A stretch of DNA of 64,000 bases from Thermoplasmata archaeon (GCA_034667725.1 JAXDQS010000003.1:576001-640000), one strand, 5' to 3'; positions 43,547 to 53,032 are shown, numbered from the stretch's first letter. Numbers and translations are program-made. The notes: generated by a model from the letters alone, not told the origin.

Positions 43547-45352
43547 TCAATTAATTATTTTCTTTGCCGTCGCTGCGGTTGCCTTCTTAGTAGATTTGAG
43601 CCGGGCCACAGGCCTTGGACTCTCAAATCCACTGTCAACGGAGTCCGACGCGGCGCTAAATTCCCGAGTAGCGCGATTCAACATTTTGGCAAGTTTATAG
43701 AACTCTCGGAAGTCTTCTGTTGAAGGCCGAGCATTTAGCTTGAAGGCTTCCAAAAGCCTCTTTTTTATAAGGGCCTTAGCCTCGTTCCGAATCTCCGCAT
43801 TTGCACTTGCAAGCTTGGCTACAATATCCGGGTTGGCGGCGTACACCGTGGATCGTATTGAAGCAGGAATCAGACCTTCAATGTTCTCGAGTCCCTCTTG
43901 GTTAACCCCAATGAAGAAGCAGTCCTGACCCTCCTTGAATCCAAGTGACTCCAAGCACCTGGAGAGTTTTGCTTTGACATCAAGATCGGCGGTAACAATG
44001 AGTTTCCGAGACCGCTGCTTCAGGAAGCGAAGAAAAATGCCGGTTTGCAAATTCGTCCAGCCATCGTAAGCCATTATTGCCCCGGCCCATTGGAGTGCAT
44101 TTTGCGCGTGGACCGGGCTCTTAAGTATTTCCAGATATTCCTTGTCGGTTGCGCCCTCCACGAGAATGATATCTTCTTTTGGTGAAGTGAAGAAGTCCTG
44201 CCAAGGCGCGAACGACTCCATCTCGAGTGCCAGCGTCTCAGCGTAAGGAAGCATCCAATTGTTGCCCTCCGCAAGGACCGGAACTGTTTCACGAACTTTT
44301 TTCCGGCGCAGTTGCCTTTGCAGCAGGATATTTGAACTAGGCATAGTGCGATTGAGCATGTAGGGACTGTGGGTCGTTACAATTACTTGAACGTCAAATT
44401 TTTCAGCCAATTCTTGAACCGTTCGGCCAAAACTCGCTTGACCACCCGGGTGTAGGAAACTTTCCGGCTCTTCAATGATGACTACCGGCGTTAGCTTTTC
44501 TGCGCCATGCGCAGCCTTCGAGAGTTGTTGGGCCCTGAATAAAGCTAGCAAAATGTGGGTGCGGTTTTTAGTACCGGAACCCCATTCGTGAAGTTCAACG
44601 TCCATCTTGCTGTCCCCCAAGCGCAACTCATACGGCAGATGAGTCCATTCGCCTCCACCAATCGTGAGTGTCACCTTCATATCGGTACCCAGAGACGATA
44701 GCAAATCTTCCACGCTCTCTTCCTGGTATCGAGCAATTTTGCTCATCTTTGAAGATGTGTATTTCCGAAGTGAGTCTAGTACTTGCCGACTTTCGGGTGT
44801 AAGTTCCCTGAGGGCGCCCTGGAAACGCAATGGATCCCAAGGCAAAGGAGGCTGCGTCGAGTTATGAAAAATGAGGGCACTCGAGGTTCTGAACCTCTTG
44901 AAAACCTCCTCGGCGGCGGTACCCTGATAGTCCCGCCCCTTGCATTGGACCGTCTTTACGATGCCCGTTTTGGCGCTTTCCTGGTGGAGAGAAAGGGTCA
45001 ACTCGATTTCCTCCACGTTCGAATCCAATTCGAGCTGTCGAACTAAGAATTCAAGCATTCCACTGTCGTGCGCCTTATCAAGGTGGAAATTTCCTTCAAT
45101 CAGGATGGCCGTCCCATTTTCTGGATTGAGCCATCGGGGATAGTCTTCAGCCCAAAGCAAGTCTGCCCGATGTTCAGTGAAACTACTGAAAATATCCTCC
45201 CGACGGTTTCCGACCAGCAGTCGAATTGCGCTGGTTATGTTGGATTTGCCACTATCATTTTTTCCGCATAGGGCGGTGTAGCTTTGGGTGAAGTCAATGG
45301 TGGCATTCTCCAGTGTACGGTAATTGCGCACCGAAAGGGAGGCAAGTCTCAC
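43547..45352 (-). CDS. OLD-family ATP-dependent endonuclease (ABC ATPase + TOPRIM)
   Basis: NYR, GKNDSGKS, GSG, IEEPESFLHP, TTHSP, LVEGATD, DLD; markedly lower GC than flanks. Confidence 0.88.
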   Translation of the reverse strand: MRLASLSVRNYRTLENATIDFTQSYTALCGKNDSGKSNITSAIRLLVGNRREDIFSSFTEHRADLLWAEDYPRWLNPENGTAILIEGNFHLDKAHDSGMLEFLVRQLELDSNVEEIELTLSLHQESAKTGIVKTVQCKGRDYQGTAAEEVFKRFRTSSALIFHNSTQPPLPWDPLRFQGALRELTPESRQVLDSLRKYTSSKMSKIARYQEESVEDLLSSLGTDMKVTLTIGGGEWTHLPYELRLGDSKMDVELHEWGSGTKNRTHILLALFRAQQLSKAAHGAEKLTPVVIIEEPESFLHPGGQASFGRTVQELAEKFDVQVIVTTHSPYMLNRTMPSSNILLQRQLRRKKVRETVPVLAEGNNWMLPYAETLALEMESFAPWQDFFTSPKEDIILVEGATDKEYLEILKSPVHAQNALQWAGAIMAYDGWTNLQTGIFLRFLKQRSRKLIVTADLDVKAKLSRCLESLGFKEGQDCFFIGVNQEGLENIEGLIPASIRSTVYAANPDIVAKLASANAEIRNEAKALIKKRLLEAFKLNARPSTEDFREFYKLAKMLNRATREFSAASDSVDSGFESPRPVARLKSTKKATAATAKKIIN

Positions 45353-45418
45353 GCGTCACTTCACATGCTGCCCCTTTGTGAACTTTGCCGCCTTTTCAAG
45401 AGGATGTTCCCATTTTGG

Positions 45419-45844
45419 CTACCGCTTCCACACATACTTGCACGCCCGGCACGAGTACGAGTTGTGTAGCAGGTGCATCTCGATGGACCTCGACTCGCAG
45501 CGGGGGCAGTGGAAGTAGGCGAAGCGGGCCTTCTCGGGGTTGCCGCGGCGGGTGTGCTTGGTGTCGCGCTTCTTGTGCTTCTGGCACGCCGAGTTGACGC
45601 AGTAGAAGCGCTTGCCGTCGTCGGTGAGGTAGCAGCCGAGGCTGGCGCACACGGGCGGGAGCTTGGTGCCGAAGAACTTGTCCACGTGCAGGCCGGGGGC
45701 GCTGCGGCTGGGGGCCTTGCCTTGGCGCTCCTCCTCGGCGCGGCGCAGCGCGTCCTGGATGATGCGGCGCGCCTTGGCCACCTTGTCCTCCTCCGTGGAG
45801 GGGCCGGGGTCGGCCAGCAGCACCAGGACCTGGGCCTGCCTCAT
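45419..45844 (-). CDS. Zinc-ribbon protein
   Basis: CASLGC, CVNSAC, CPRC, CRAC; ATGA overlap with the rnz stop. Confidence 0.65.
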   Translation of the reverse strand: MRQAQVLVLLADPGPSTEEDKVAKARRIIQDALRRAEEERQGKAPSRSAPGLHVDKFFGTKLPPVCASLGCYLTDDGKRFYCVNSACQKHKKRDTKHTRRGNPEKARFAYFHCPRCESRSIEMHLLHNSYSCRACKYVWKR

Positions 45845-46764
45845 GCGCGCACCGGCACCTCGACGGCCAGGAAGTCGTCGGCGACCTGGACGTCCGGGAA
45901 CACGGCCTGGGCTTCCTGCAAGAGTGGAGCGAGGTCCCGGTAGCGGGGGCTGATGTGGGTCAGGATGAGCTTGCGGGCCTTGGCCTTGGCGGCGATGGCG
46001 GCGGCCTCGCCGGCGCACATGTGGCGCACCTCGCGGGCCTTCTCCACCAGGTCGGCGGTGAAGGTGGCTTCGCACACGAACAGGTCGGCGTCCACGGCGG
46101 CCTCCAGGAGCCCGAGGCACGGCTGGGTGTCGCCGGAGTAGACGACGCGGCGGCCGGGGCGGGCGGGGCCGACCACCTGCTCCGGCGTGAAGGTGCGGCC
46201 GTCGCGGGTCGTGACGGTCTCGCCGCGCTGCAGCTTGCCGAACAGGGGGCCTTCCGGGATGCCGAGCTCGAGCGCCTTGGGCTTGTCGAAGAAGCCGGGG
46301 CGGTCGGCCTCCTGGAGCGCGAACACCAGGTTCTCGATGCCGTGGTCGCCCTGGAACACGGTCATGGAGTAGCCGTCCTTCCGCACGACGTCGCCGGGCT
46401 TGACCTCGGTGACGTGGATGGGGAACTCCTTGGGCCAGCCCCGGAGCTCGCGCCACGCCGCCACCATGCGGCCCAGCCCCTTCGGCCCGTAGACCCAGAG
46501 CGGCTTGTCGCGCTCGTTGAGCGCCATGGTCTTCAGAAGGCCGGGGACGCCGTAGCAGTGGTCGCCGTGGTAGTGGCTCAACCAGATCTGGGTGATCTGC
46601 TGGTAGCTGAGGCCGGACTTCTGGATCTGCCGCTGGGTGCCCTCGCCGCAGTCCCACAACAGCACCTCGCCGCCGCGCTTGACGGCGATGGCGGACAGGC
46701 CCCGTTCCGCGGTGGGGTAGGACGCTCCCGTGCCCAGGAAGGTCACGGCGAGGTTGGCGCTCAA
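45841..46764 (-). CDS. rnz: Ribonuclease Z
   Basis: FLGTG, DCGEGTQ, HYHGDH, exosite GIPEGP, YSGDT, EATF, THISPRY. Confidence 0.95.
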   Translation of the reverse strand: MSANLAVTFLGTGASYPTAERGLSAIAVKRGGEVLLWDCGEGTQRQIQKSGLSYQQITQIWLSHYHGDHCYGVPGLLKTMALNERDKPLWVYGPKGLGRMVAAWRELRGWPKEFPIHVTEVKPGDVVRKDGYSMTVFQGDHGIENLVFALQEADRPGFFDKPKALELGIPEGPLFGKLQRGETVTTRDGRTFTPEQVVGPARPGRRVVYSGDTQPCLGLLEAAVDADLFVCEATFTADLVEKAREVRHMCAGEAAAIAAKAKARKLILTHISPRYRDLAPLLQEAQAVFPDVQVADDFLAVEVPVRA

Positions 46765-46817
46765 CGTCGCACGCGACCCGAACGTTGGTCAATAGGGTTG
46801 CGAGGCGCTTTCCGCGT

Positions 46818-47870
46818 TCAGCCGTTGAACATCGGGTCGCGCTGCGACTTCCAGAACTCCAAGGGGTCGTCCTCGCGGTCGGGCTCGTCGCTCTCGATCA
46901 ACCCCAGGATGGCCGCCTTCAGGGCCTCCATGCCTTCGCCGGTGTGGGTGCTGAACTTGAGGCGCTCCGACGCGCTGCGGTGCAGGTCCACCTTGGACTC
47001 GGCCACCAGGAGGGGAACGCCGCTCATCTCGCGCTGCACTTGCGCCAGCAGGTGCTCCTGCTCCTCGACGGTGTAGCCGGAGTTCTCGCCGGGGTCGATC
47101 AGGAACAGCACGGCGTCGGCGGTGTGGCGGAGGGCCGCGACGGCCTGGCGCTCCACCAGGTTGCGCTTGGCGTCCGGGCGGTCCAGCAGGCCGGGGGTGT
47201 CCACGACCTGGACGTACGAGATGGCGCCCTCGGGGGTCTTCATCTCGATGTGGCCGACGTTGGCGGCCTTGGTGGTGAAGGCGTAGGCGGCGATCTCGGG
47301 CCGCGCGCTGGTCCACGCCGCCATCAGGCTCGACTTGCCGACGTTGGGGAAGCCGGCGATGACGACCGTCGGATACCCCGGGTGGACGGTGGGGAGCATC
47401 CGGACCTTGTCGCGCACGTCGCGCAGGAACACGAGGTCCTTGTCGATGGCCGCCATCAGGCTGCCGCAGCGGCCGGAGAAGCGGCGCTTCTGCGCCTGGA
47501 TGCCAAGGATGGTGCGCTCGCGCCGCATGGCGGAGGCGACGTCGCCGTAGACGGTGGCGATCTTCTCGCGCGTCCAGTCCAGGTGCGACAGCGCCTGCTT
47601 GAGGCCGTCGAGGCCCACGAGGATGTCGAGCACCTCGCGCTCGTAGCTGGAGGCCCGCTCCAGGTTGGGGAACGCCTTGACGTAGCGGTCCAGCATCTCC
47701 TGGCAAGTGTCCGAGACATGGCGCATCTGGGCCTCCTCGGTCTTGCGGACGCGGTGGTACTTGTCGGGGTCGGGGACCTCGAGCTTGTTCGCCTTCAGGA
47801 ACGCCTTGTCCAGGATCTCCGAAGCGGAGAGGATGGTCGGGACGTTCTCCAGCACGAAGCTTTCCCACAA
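46818..47870 (-). CDS. Nog1-family GTPase
   Basis: GFPNVGKSS, YAFTTK, DTPGLLDRP, SKVD. Confidence 0.9.
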   Translation of the reverse strand: MWESFVLENVPTILSASEILDKAFLKANKLEVPDPDKYHRVRKTEEAQMRHVSDTCQEMLDRYVKAFPNLERASSYEREVLDILVGLDGLKQALSHLDWTREKIATVYGDVASAMRRERTILGIQAQKRRFSGRCGSLMAAIDKDLVFLRDVRDKVRMLPTVHPGYPTVVIAGFPNVGKSSLMAAWTSARPEIAAYAFTTKAANVGHIEMKTPEGAISYVQVVDTPGLLDRPDAKRNLVERQAVAALRHTADAVLFLIDPGENSGYTVEEQEHLLAQVQREMSGVPLLVAESKVDLHRSASERLKFSTHTGEGMEALKAAILGLIESDEPDREDDPLEFWKSQRDPMFNG

Positions 47871-47928
47871 GGGGGTGCTATATCATGCCGCCGGAGGGCG
47901 CAAGTAGGGCGGGCCCGGTCGCCTGCCG

Positions 47929-48306
47929 ATGAAGGCGACGCAGCAGCCGGTCGTGCAAGCCTTGGGGATCGGCGGCGTGTTCTTCCGCGCCAAGGACCCG
48001 CAGGCGCTCGCCGCCTGGTACCACCGGACCTTCGGCATCGCCGGCCCCGGCGACGGCGAGGCTTGGCAGACGGAGGCGGGCACGACGGTGTTCTGCCCCT
48101 TCGAGGCGGGCACCGACTACTTCGGCTCGCCGCGCCAGTGGGCCATGCTCAACTTCCGCGTGGCCGACCTCGACGGCGCCGTGGCATCCCTCGCGCGCGC
48201 CGGCGTGCCGCTTGCCAAGCCGGCCGAGGAGATGGCGGGCATCGGCAGGTTCGCGTGGGTCGCGGACCCCGAAGGCAACCGCATCGAGTTGTGGCAGCCG
48301 GCCTAG
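47929..48306 (+). CDS. VOC/glyoxalase family protein
   Basis: GIGGVFF, NFRVADL, DPEGNRIELWQP. Confidence 0.88.
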   Translation: MKATQQPVVQALGIGGVFFRAKDPQALAAWYHRTFGIAGPGDGEAWQTEAGTTVFCPFEAGTDYFGSPRQWAMLNFRVADLDGAVASLARAGVPLAKPAEEMAGIGRFAWVADPEGNRIELWQPA

Positions 48307-48363
48307 AAAAGCAAGGGAAAGGGAAGGAGGAGGCCGGGACAGGGTCCCGGTTGCGCCGGACGC

Positions 48364-48552
48364 CTAGCGGGGCGTGCGGGGCGGGGCGTGCTTGGGGTAG
48401 CAGTCCCGGCAGTACACCGGGCGGCCCGCCGACGGCTTGAAGGGGACCTGGGTCTTCTTGCCGCAGTCGGCGCACACTGCGTCGTGCATCTCGCGAGGTC
48501 CGTCGCGGCCGAAGCCGCCCCCGCCGCCACTCGGCCTGTCGTTGTATGCCAT
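48364..48552 (-). CDS. Small CxxC-x17-CxxC zinc-binding protein
   Basis: REMHDAVCADCG..VPFKP..RPVYCRDC with Gly-rich N-terminus. Confidence 0.88.
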   Translation of the reverse strand: MAYNDRPSGGGGGFGRDGPREMHDAVCADCGKKTQVPFKPSAGRPVYCRDCYPKHAPPRTPR

Positions 48553-48686
48553 GTTGGTTCGCTCAAGCGCAGGCCCTTGCGGGACTGCACCTTGCGAGGA
48601 AGCCGAAAGGGGTGCATAGGGTTGCCGACCCGATGCCGCAAGCGAAAAAGCGAGAGAAAGGGAAAGAAAAGAGCGGACGGCGGCGG

Positions 48687-48920
48687 CTAACACACGCCGA
48701 CCATGATACAGACGTAGGCCTGGGTCCGGTCGATCTTGTTGCCCACGGTCGGCGTGTCGTACACCATGTCCACCGTGTACTGGCAGGTCTGGTAGGTGGC
48801 TTCGCTGACGACCGACTGCGGTTCGGGCTCCTTGCAGTAGATGGCGGTGGCGGGCTGCGGGGCGAGGACGAAGGCGCCGAGCAGCAGGAGGCCGGCGGCG
48901 ATCAGGGGGCGGGCAAGCAT
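48687..48920 (-). CDS. Small secreted Cys-containing protein
   Basis: Signal peptide ending ATA; four Cys; followed by a polypyrimidine tract. Confidence 0.6.
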   Translation of the reverse strand: MLARPLIAAGLLLLGAFVLAPQPATAIYCKEPEPQSVVSEATYQTCQYTVDMVYDTPTVGNKIDRTQAYVCIMVGVC

Positions 48921-49004
48921 GGCGGTGACCCAGAGGCCTGAGCCCAGCGCCTCTAGAAAAAGGAAGGCAGGGGGAAGGAGGGGAAGAAAACGGCAGATCG
49001 GGGC

Positions 49005-50099
49005 TCAGTGGGCCTTGGTCGCCGCGAGCAGGATCGAGTGCGCCTTGGCCTCGCCCGTCTTGACGCCGCCCATGACCGGCTTCGCGCCGACGCAGACGGT
49101 CTCCAGGATGCAGCGGGTGACGCGGTAGGGGTCCATGTTGGCGGCGGGGCGGCGGTCTTCGAGGTAGCCTTGGCCGGTCTGCTGGGCCGCAAGCGGGATG
49201 CGGATCGACGCGCCCCGGTCGCTGACGCCGTAGCGGAACTGGTCGATGCTGCAGGTCTCGTGGCGGCCGGTGAGGCGCTCGGTGTTGTGGGCCCCGTACT
49301 CCGCGATGTGGTCGTAGTGGCGGCCGCCGAGCTTCTTGCAGGCGTCCTCGATGACCTTCAGGCCGCCCTTGGCGCGCATCGCCTTGGTGCTGAAGTTGGT
49401 GTGCGCGCCGGCGCCGTTCCAGTCGCCCTTGACGGGCTTCGGGTGCAACGTGGCGGTGATGCCGAACTCCTCGCCGAGACGGTACAGCAGCCAGCGGCCG
49501 ACCCAGATCTGGTCACTGCACTCGAGCGGGGGGAGCGGGCCGATCTGGAACTCCCACTGGGCGGGCATGACCTCGGCGTTGATGCCGCTGATCTTCAGGC
49601 CGGCGCCAACACAGGCTTCCATGTGGGCCTCCACCAGCTCGCGGCCGAAGACCTCGTCGGCGCCGACGCCGCAGTAATAGGGGCCTTGGGGCGGGGGGAA
49701 GCCGTTGTCGGGCCAGCCGAGCGGCTGCATCCCGCGGAACAAGGTGTACTCCTGCTCGATGCCGAACCACGGCTCCTCCTTCTTCACCTTGTCCGCGACC
49801 TCCCGGAGCTTGGCGCGGGTGTTGGTGGGGTGGGGCGTGCGGCCGTCGGCGAGGAAGACCTCGCACATCACGAGGACGTGGGGCCAGCCGCGGATCGGGT
49901 CGTTGTAGAAGCCGACCGGGTGCAGCGCGCAGTCCGACTTGTCGCCGGGGGCCTGGGCGGTGCTGGAGCCGTCGAAGCCCCACACGGGCAGGTCCGCGAC
50001 CGACTTGACCTCGTCGGCCTCGATGACCTTCGTCTTGCTGCGCAGCTTCTGCGTGGGCTGCGTGCCATCCATCCAGATGTATTCGGCGAACACGACCAT
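49005..50099 (-). CDS. glnA: Glutamine synthetase, type II
   Basis: AEYIWMDG, LRSKT, WGFDGSST, FGIEQEY, QGPYYCGVG, DWNGAGAHTNFST, RLTGRHET, YLEDRRP; 364 aa. Confidence 0.94.
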   Translation of the reverse strand: MVVFAEYIWMDGTQPTQKLRSKTKVIEADEVKSVADLPVWGFDGSSTAQAPGDKSDCALHPVGFYNDPIRGWPHVLVMCEVFLADGRTPHPTNTRAKLREVADKVKKEEPWFGIEQEYTLFRGMQPLGWPDNGFPPPQGPYYCGVGADEVFGRELVEAHMEACVGAGLKISGINAEVMPAQWEFQIGPLPPLECSDQIWVGRWLLYRLGEEFGITATLHPKPVKGDWNGAGAHTNFSTKAMRAKGGLKVIEDACKKLGGRHYDHIAEYGAHNTERLTGRHETCSIDQFRYGVSDRGASIRIPLAAQQTGQGYLEDRRPAANMDPYRVTRCILETVCVGAKPVMGGVKTGEAKAHSILLAATKAH

Positions 50100-50248
50100 T
50101 GGGCATCCCCTCCCGGGGTTGGAGCCACCCAGCCAGCATCCGGAGATAAGGGTTCAGTTGCACCAGGAACATGGGTTGCAAGGAGTCGTTCGACCCGTCA
50201 TTCGCATTCAACAGGCACAAATGTACCGATTGCTTGGCGGCCTTCGCC

Positions 50249-50725
50249 ATGGATGGCACAACCGTTCCGCGCCCGGCCCCTGACCACGCCGACCGGCTTC
50301 TGCTCGACGAGCTGCTGCGGGACGGCCGCGCCAGCCACCGCGACCTCGCCGAACGCACCGGCTTGAGCCTCACCACCGTGAACCGCCGCGTGCGCCAGAT
50401 GGAGGAGGACGGCACCATCCGCGGCTACACCGCCCTCGTCGACCCCGAGCGCGCCGGCTGGACCCTCACCGCCGTCATCGGATTGCGCATCGACAAGGGC
50501 TTTGTGCGCGCCGTCCACGAGGAAATCAGCAGCGACCCCCGCATCTTCGGCGTCTACGACATCACCGGCGAATGGGACGGCCTGGTCTTGGTGCGGCTGC
50601 GCGGCCGCGAGGACCTGGACGACCTCGTGAAGACCACGCTGTCGCTGCCGCACATCCAGCGCACCAACACCATGGTGGTGCTCAAGACCGTCCTGGAGAA
50701 GGCGGTCGTCGGGCTGCCGGCGTGA
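50249..50725 (+). CDS. Lrp/AsnC family transcriptional regulator
   Basis: DGRAS..LAERTGLS..TV..RV HTH; YDITGEWD; divergent from glnA. Confidence 0.9.
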   Translation: MDGTTVPRPAPDHADRLLLDELLRDGRASHRDLAERTGLSLTTVNRRVRQMEEDGTIRGYTALVDPERAGWTLTAVIGLRIDKGFVRAVHEEISSDPRIFGVYDITGEWDGLVLVRLRGREDLDDLVKTTLSLPHIQRTNTMVVLKTVLEKAVVGLPA

Positions 50726-50794
50726 AGCAACATGCCGGCTGGGTTTGCAGCCGAGGGCCAAGGTTTTGAGCCCGACCCGAGTCGCGCGCCCTAC

Positions 50795-50867
50795 GCTCCG
50801 TTAGTCTAGCGGCCAAGGATTTAGGCCTTTCAAGCCTGCGGCACGGGTTCGAATCCCGTACGGAGCA
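50795..50867 (+). tRNA. tRNA-Glu(TTC)
   Basis: Cloverleaf: GCTCCGT/ACGGAGC acceptor, loop CTTTCAA, TTCGAAT. Confidence 0.95.
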
Positions 50868-50874
50868 CTTCCAT

Positions 50875-51315
50875 TCAGGGCTGCATCCAGGCCCTGCTGC
50901 GCGACCGCAGCTCCGCCGTCCCATGCCCGTGGATCAGCCCAGCCGCCGCCGGCACCGTGTAGTGCTGCACCGTGCGCACCTGGGCGAGCGCGTTGGCGCG
51001 GATCGCAGGCGGCGCGGCGCGCACGCGGGCGAGGTCGATGGCGAAGCCGCCCGGCCGGCGGGTGGTGAGGCCGTGCTGCGCGAGGCGGGCGTCGAGGCTC
51101 TCGAGGGCGCGGTCGATGTGCGCCAGCATCTGGGCGGCGCGGGGGTCGGCGGCGCGGCCGTCCCACTCGGCGCGCGGGATGAACACCTCGCCCTGACGGC
51201 CTTCGAGGATGGCGGCGCGGGCCTCCTGGAGGCGCTCCTGCTGGGTGCCGACGGCGTGCAGGGCGGGCAGGAGGGCCGCCATGGGGGCCGGGTCCTCGCG
51301 CTGCGTTCCTTGCAT
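50875..51315 (-). CDS. Hypothetical protein
   Basis: Plausible codon usage; fills gap. Confidence 0.5.
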   Translation of the reverse strand: MQGTQREDPAPMAALLPALHAVGTQQERLQEARAAILEGRQGEVFIPRAEWDGRAADPRAAQMLAHIDRALESLDARLAQHGLTTRRPGGFAIDLARVRAAPPAIRANALAQVRTVQHYTVPAAAGLIHGHGTAELRSRSRAWMQP

Positions 51316-51376
51316 GGACCGCGCCAAGGCGGGCGGGCGCTGTTCTAGATGTCGCGGAGGAGCCGTTCTGCCGAAG

Positions 51377-52411
51377 CTACGTGTGCACGGCCGGCGGGCC
51401 TTGGCGGCGGCGGGCGGCGTCGAACTCGTCGTGAATCTCGCCCACCAGCTCCTCGACCAGGTCGTCGGCGGTGACGATGCCGAGGTTGCGGCTGCCTTCC
51501 TGGATGACGGCCATGCTGCGGTGCTCGTGCTGCATCCGGACCAGGAGGTGGTCGGCGCGCATGCTGCCGGGCACGCGCAAGACCGGGCGGATGGCCAAGG
51601 TGACGGGCAGCCGGGCCAGCTCGGCGTCGGTGTAGCGCAGCAGGTCCTTGATGTGGACGAAGCCGAGGATCTGGGTGAAGCCGGCGTCGGCGACCACGAT
51701 GCGGCTGCGGCGCTCGCGGGCCGCGATGCGGATGGCGTCCTCCAGCGTCGAGGTGGGCAGGAGCGACTGGACCTTGTCGGCGGCCGTCATGACCTTGGAG
51801 ACGGGGGTCTCGGTGAAGTCGAACAGGTCTTGGATGACCTTGTGCTCGAAGTGCTCGACGTGGCCTTCCTGCACGCCCATGCGGACGATCATCTCGATCT
51901 CGTCGGTGGTCAGGAACGGCGCCTTCTGGACGGGCTTGTCGCCGCCGAGGCGCGCCACACCGCGGGACAGCGCGGTGAGGAAGTCCACGAGGGGCTTGAG
52001 CATCAGCTCGACGACGCGCAGCGGGCGCGCGACCCGGAGGGCGACCTTGAGGGAATGCTGCACGGCGAAGGTCTTGGGGATGATTTCGCTGAGCACCGTG
52101 ACCAGGACCGCCATGGCGCCGGTGGCGATGAGGGCGCCGCGGCCGCCGAAGACGCCGAGGGCCACCCAGGTGGCGAACGCGGTGGCGCCGATGTTGACGA
52201 GGTTGTTGCCGATGAGCACGGTGGTCAGCACGCGCTCGGGCTCGTCGAGCATCCGGTCCAGCAGGCGGGCGCGGCGGGAGCCTTTCTGGGCGAGGTCGCG
52301 GACCTGGACGCGGGGGACGCCGATGAGGGCGGTCTCGGACGTCGAGAAGAAGGCGGACAGGCCCAGGAGCGCAAGCAGGGCCAGCATCTGGAGGGGGAGG
52401 ACCGGGTCCAC
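51377..52411 (-). CDS. CNNM/DUF21 + CBS domain membrane protein
   Basis: SAFFSTSETAL, TVLIGNNLVN, EIIPK, EELVGEIHDE. Confidence 0.9.
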   Translation of the reverse strand: MDPVLPLQMLALLALLGLSAFFSTSETALIGVPRVQVRDLAQKGSRRARLLDRMLDEPERVLTTVLIGNNLVNIGATAFATWVALGVFGGRGALIATGAMAVLVTVLSEIIPKTFAVQHSLKVALRVARPLRVVELMLKPLVDFLTALSRGVARLGGDKPVQKAPFLTTDEIEMIVRMGVQEGHVEHFEHKVIQDLFDFTETPVSKVMTAADKVQSLLPTSTLEDAIRIAARERRSRIVVADAGFTQILGFVHIKDLLRYTDAELARLPVTLAIRPVLRVPGSMRADHLLVRMQHEHRSMAVIQEGSRNLGIVTADDLVEELVGEIHDEFDAARRRQGPPAVHT

Positions 52412-52493
52412 GGGGGAAGCGGCGATGGACGGCTGCCTCTTGGCCCTGCCGCCAGCGTCGGCAAAACTTTCACGGTGCTCGCCGCCCTCGCCC

Positions 52494-52799
52494 TCACGGG
52501 AAGCTGGTGGCGGCGCCGCACGCCTTGCACGCCCGCCGCGGCTTCAGGTTGAAGTGCCCGCACGCGCAGGTCGCCCCCACCGGGCAGCCGCCGCCGGCGC
52601 CGTCCTCGCGCGCCGTGCGCCGCAGGGTCCACGCCGCGTTCGCCCCCACGATGAGGACGACTCCCAGGACCAGCAGCAACGCCGCGATGCCGTAACGCGG
52701 CCCTTGCGCCCAGCCGTCGGCGCCGGGGACCCAGCCGAAGGCCACCGCCAAGCCCGCCACGAGCCACGCGAGGCCCCAGACGAGGGTGGACAGCTTCAC
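52494..52799 (-). CDS. Small two-TM protein with C-terminal zinc finger
   Basis: Two hydrophobic helices; CACGHFN...CKACG. Confidence 0.65.
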   Translation of the reverse strand: MKLSTLVWGLAWLVAGLAVAFGWVPGADGWAQGPRYGIAALLLVLGVVLIVGANAAWTLRRTAREDGAGGGCPVGATCACGHFNLKPRRACKACGAATSFP

Positions 52800-52958
52800 G
52801 CCGCGCGCACCGGGTCCCGTTTGTAAGGGTTCGCGGCACGGGCGGCGGACCCGTCAATCAAACCCATTATCCAGACGGCTCTTGAAGGCGGGACGGGAGG
52901 TTTGGGGCTCCACGCCGGACGGCGCGCTCAAATCCAAGGCCCCTGTCCGACAGGGCAC

Positions 52959-53032
52959 GGGACCCTAGCTCAGCCTGGTAGAGCAGCGGGCTCATAACCC
53001 GTCGGTCTCCGGTTCAAATCCGGCGGGTCCCA
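52959..53032 (+). tRNA. tRNA with CAT anticodon (probably Ile2)
   Basis: GGGACCC/GGGTCCC acceptor, loop CTCATAA, TTCAAAT; G1-C72 argues against initiator. Confidence 0.9.

Noticed and set aside
43547-45352. Gabija or retron system
   Set aside because: No UvrD helicase, reverse transcriptase or msr/msd-like region adjacent
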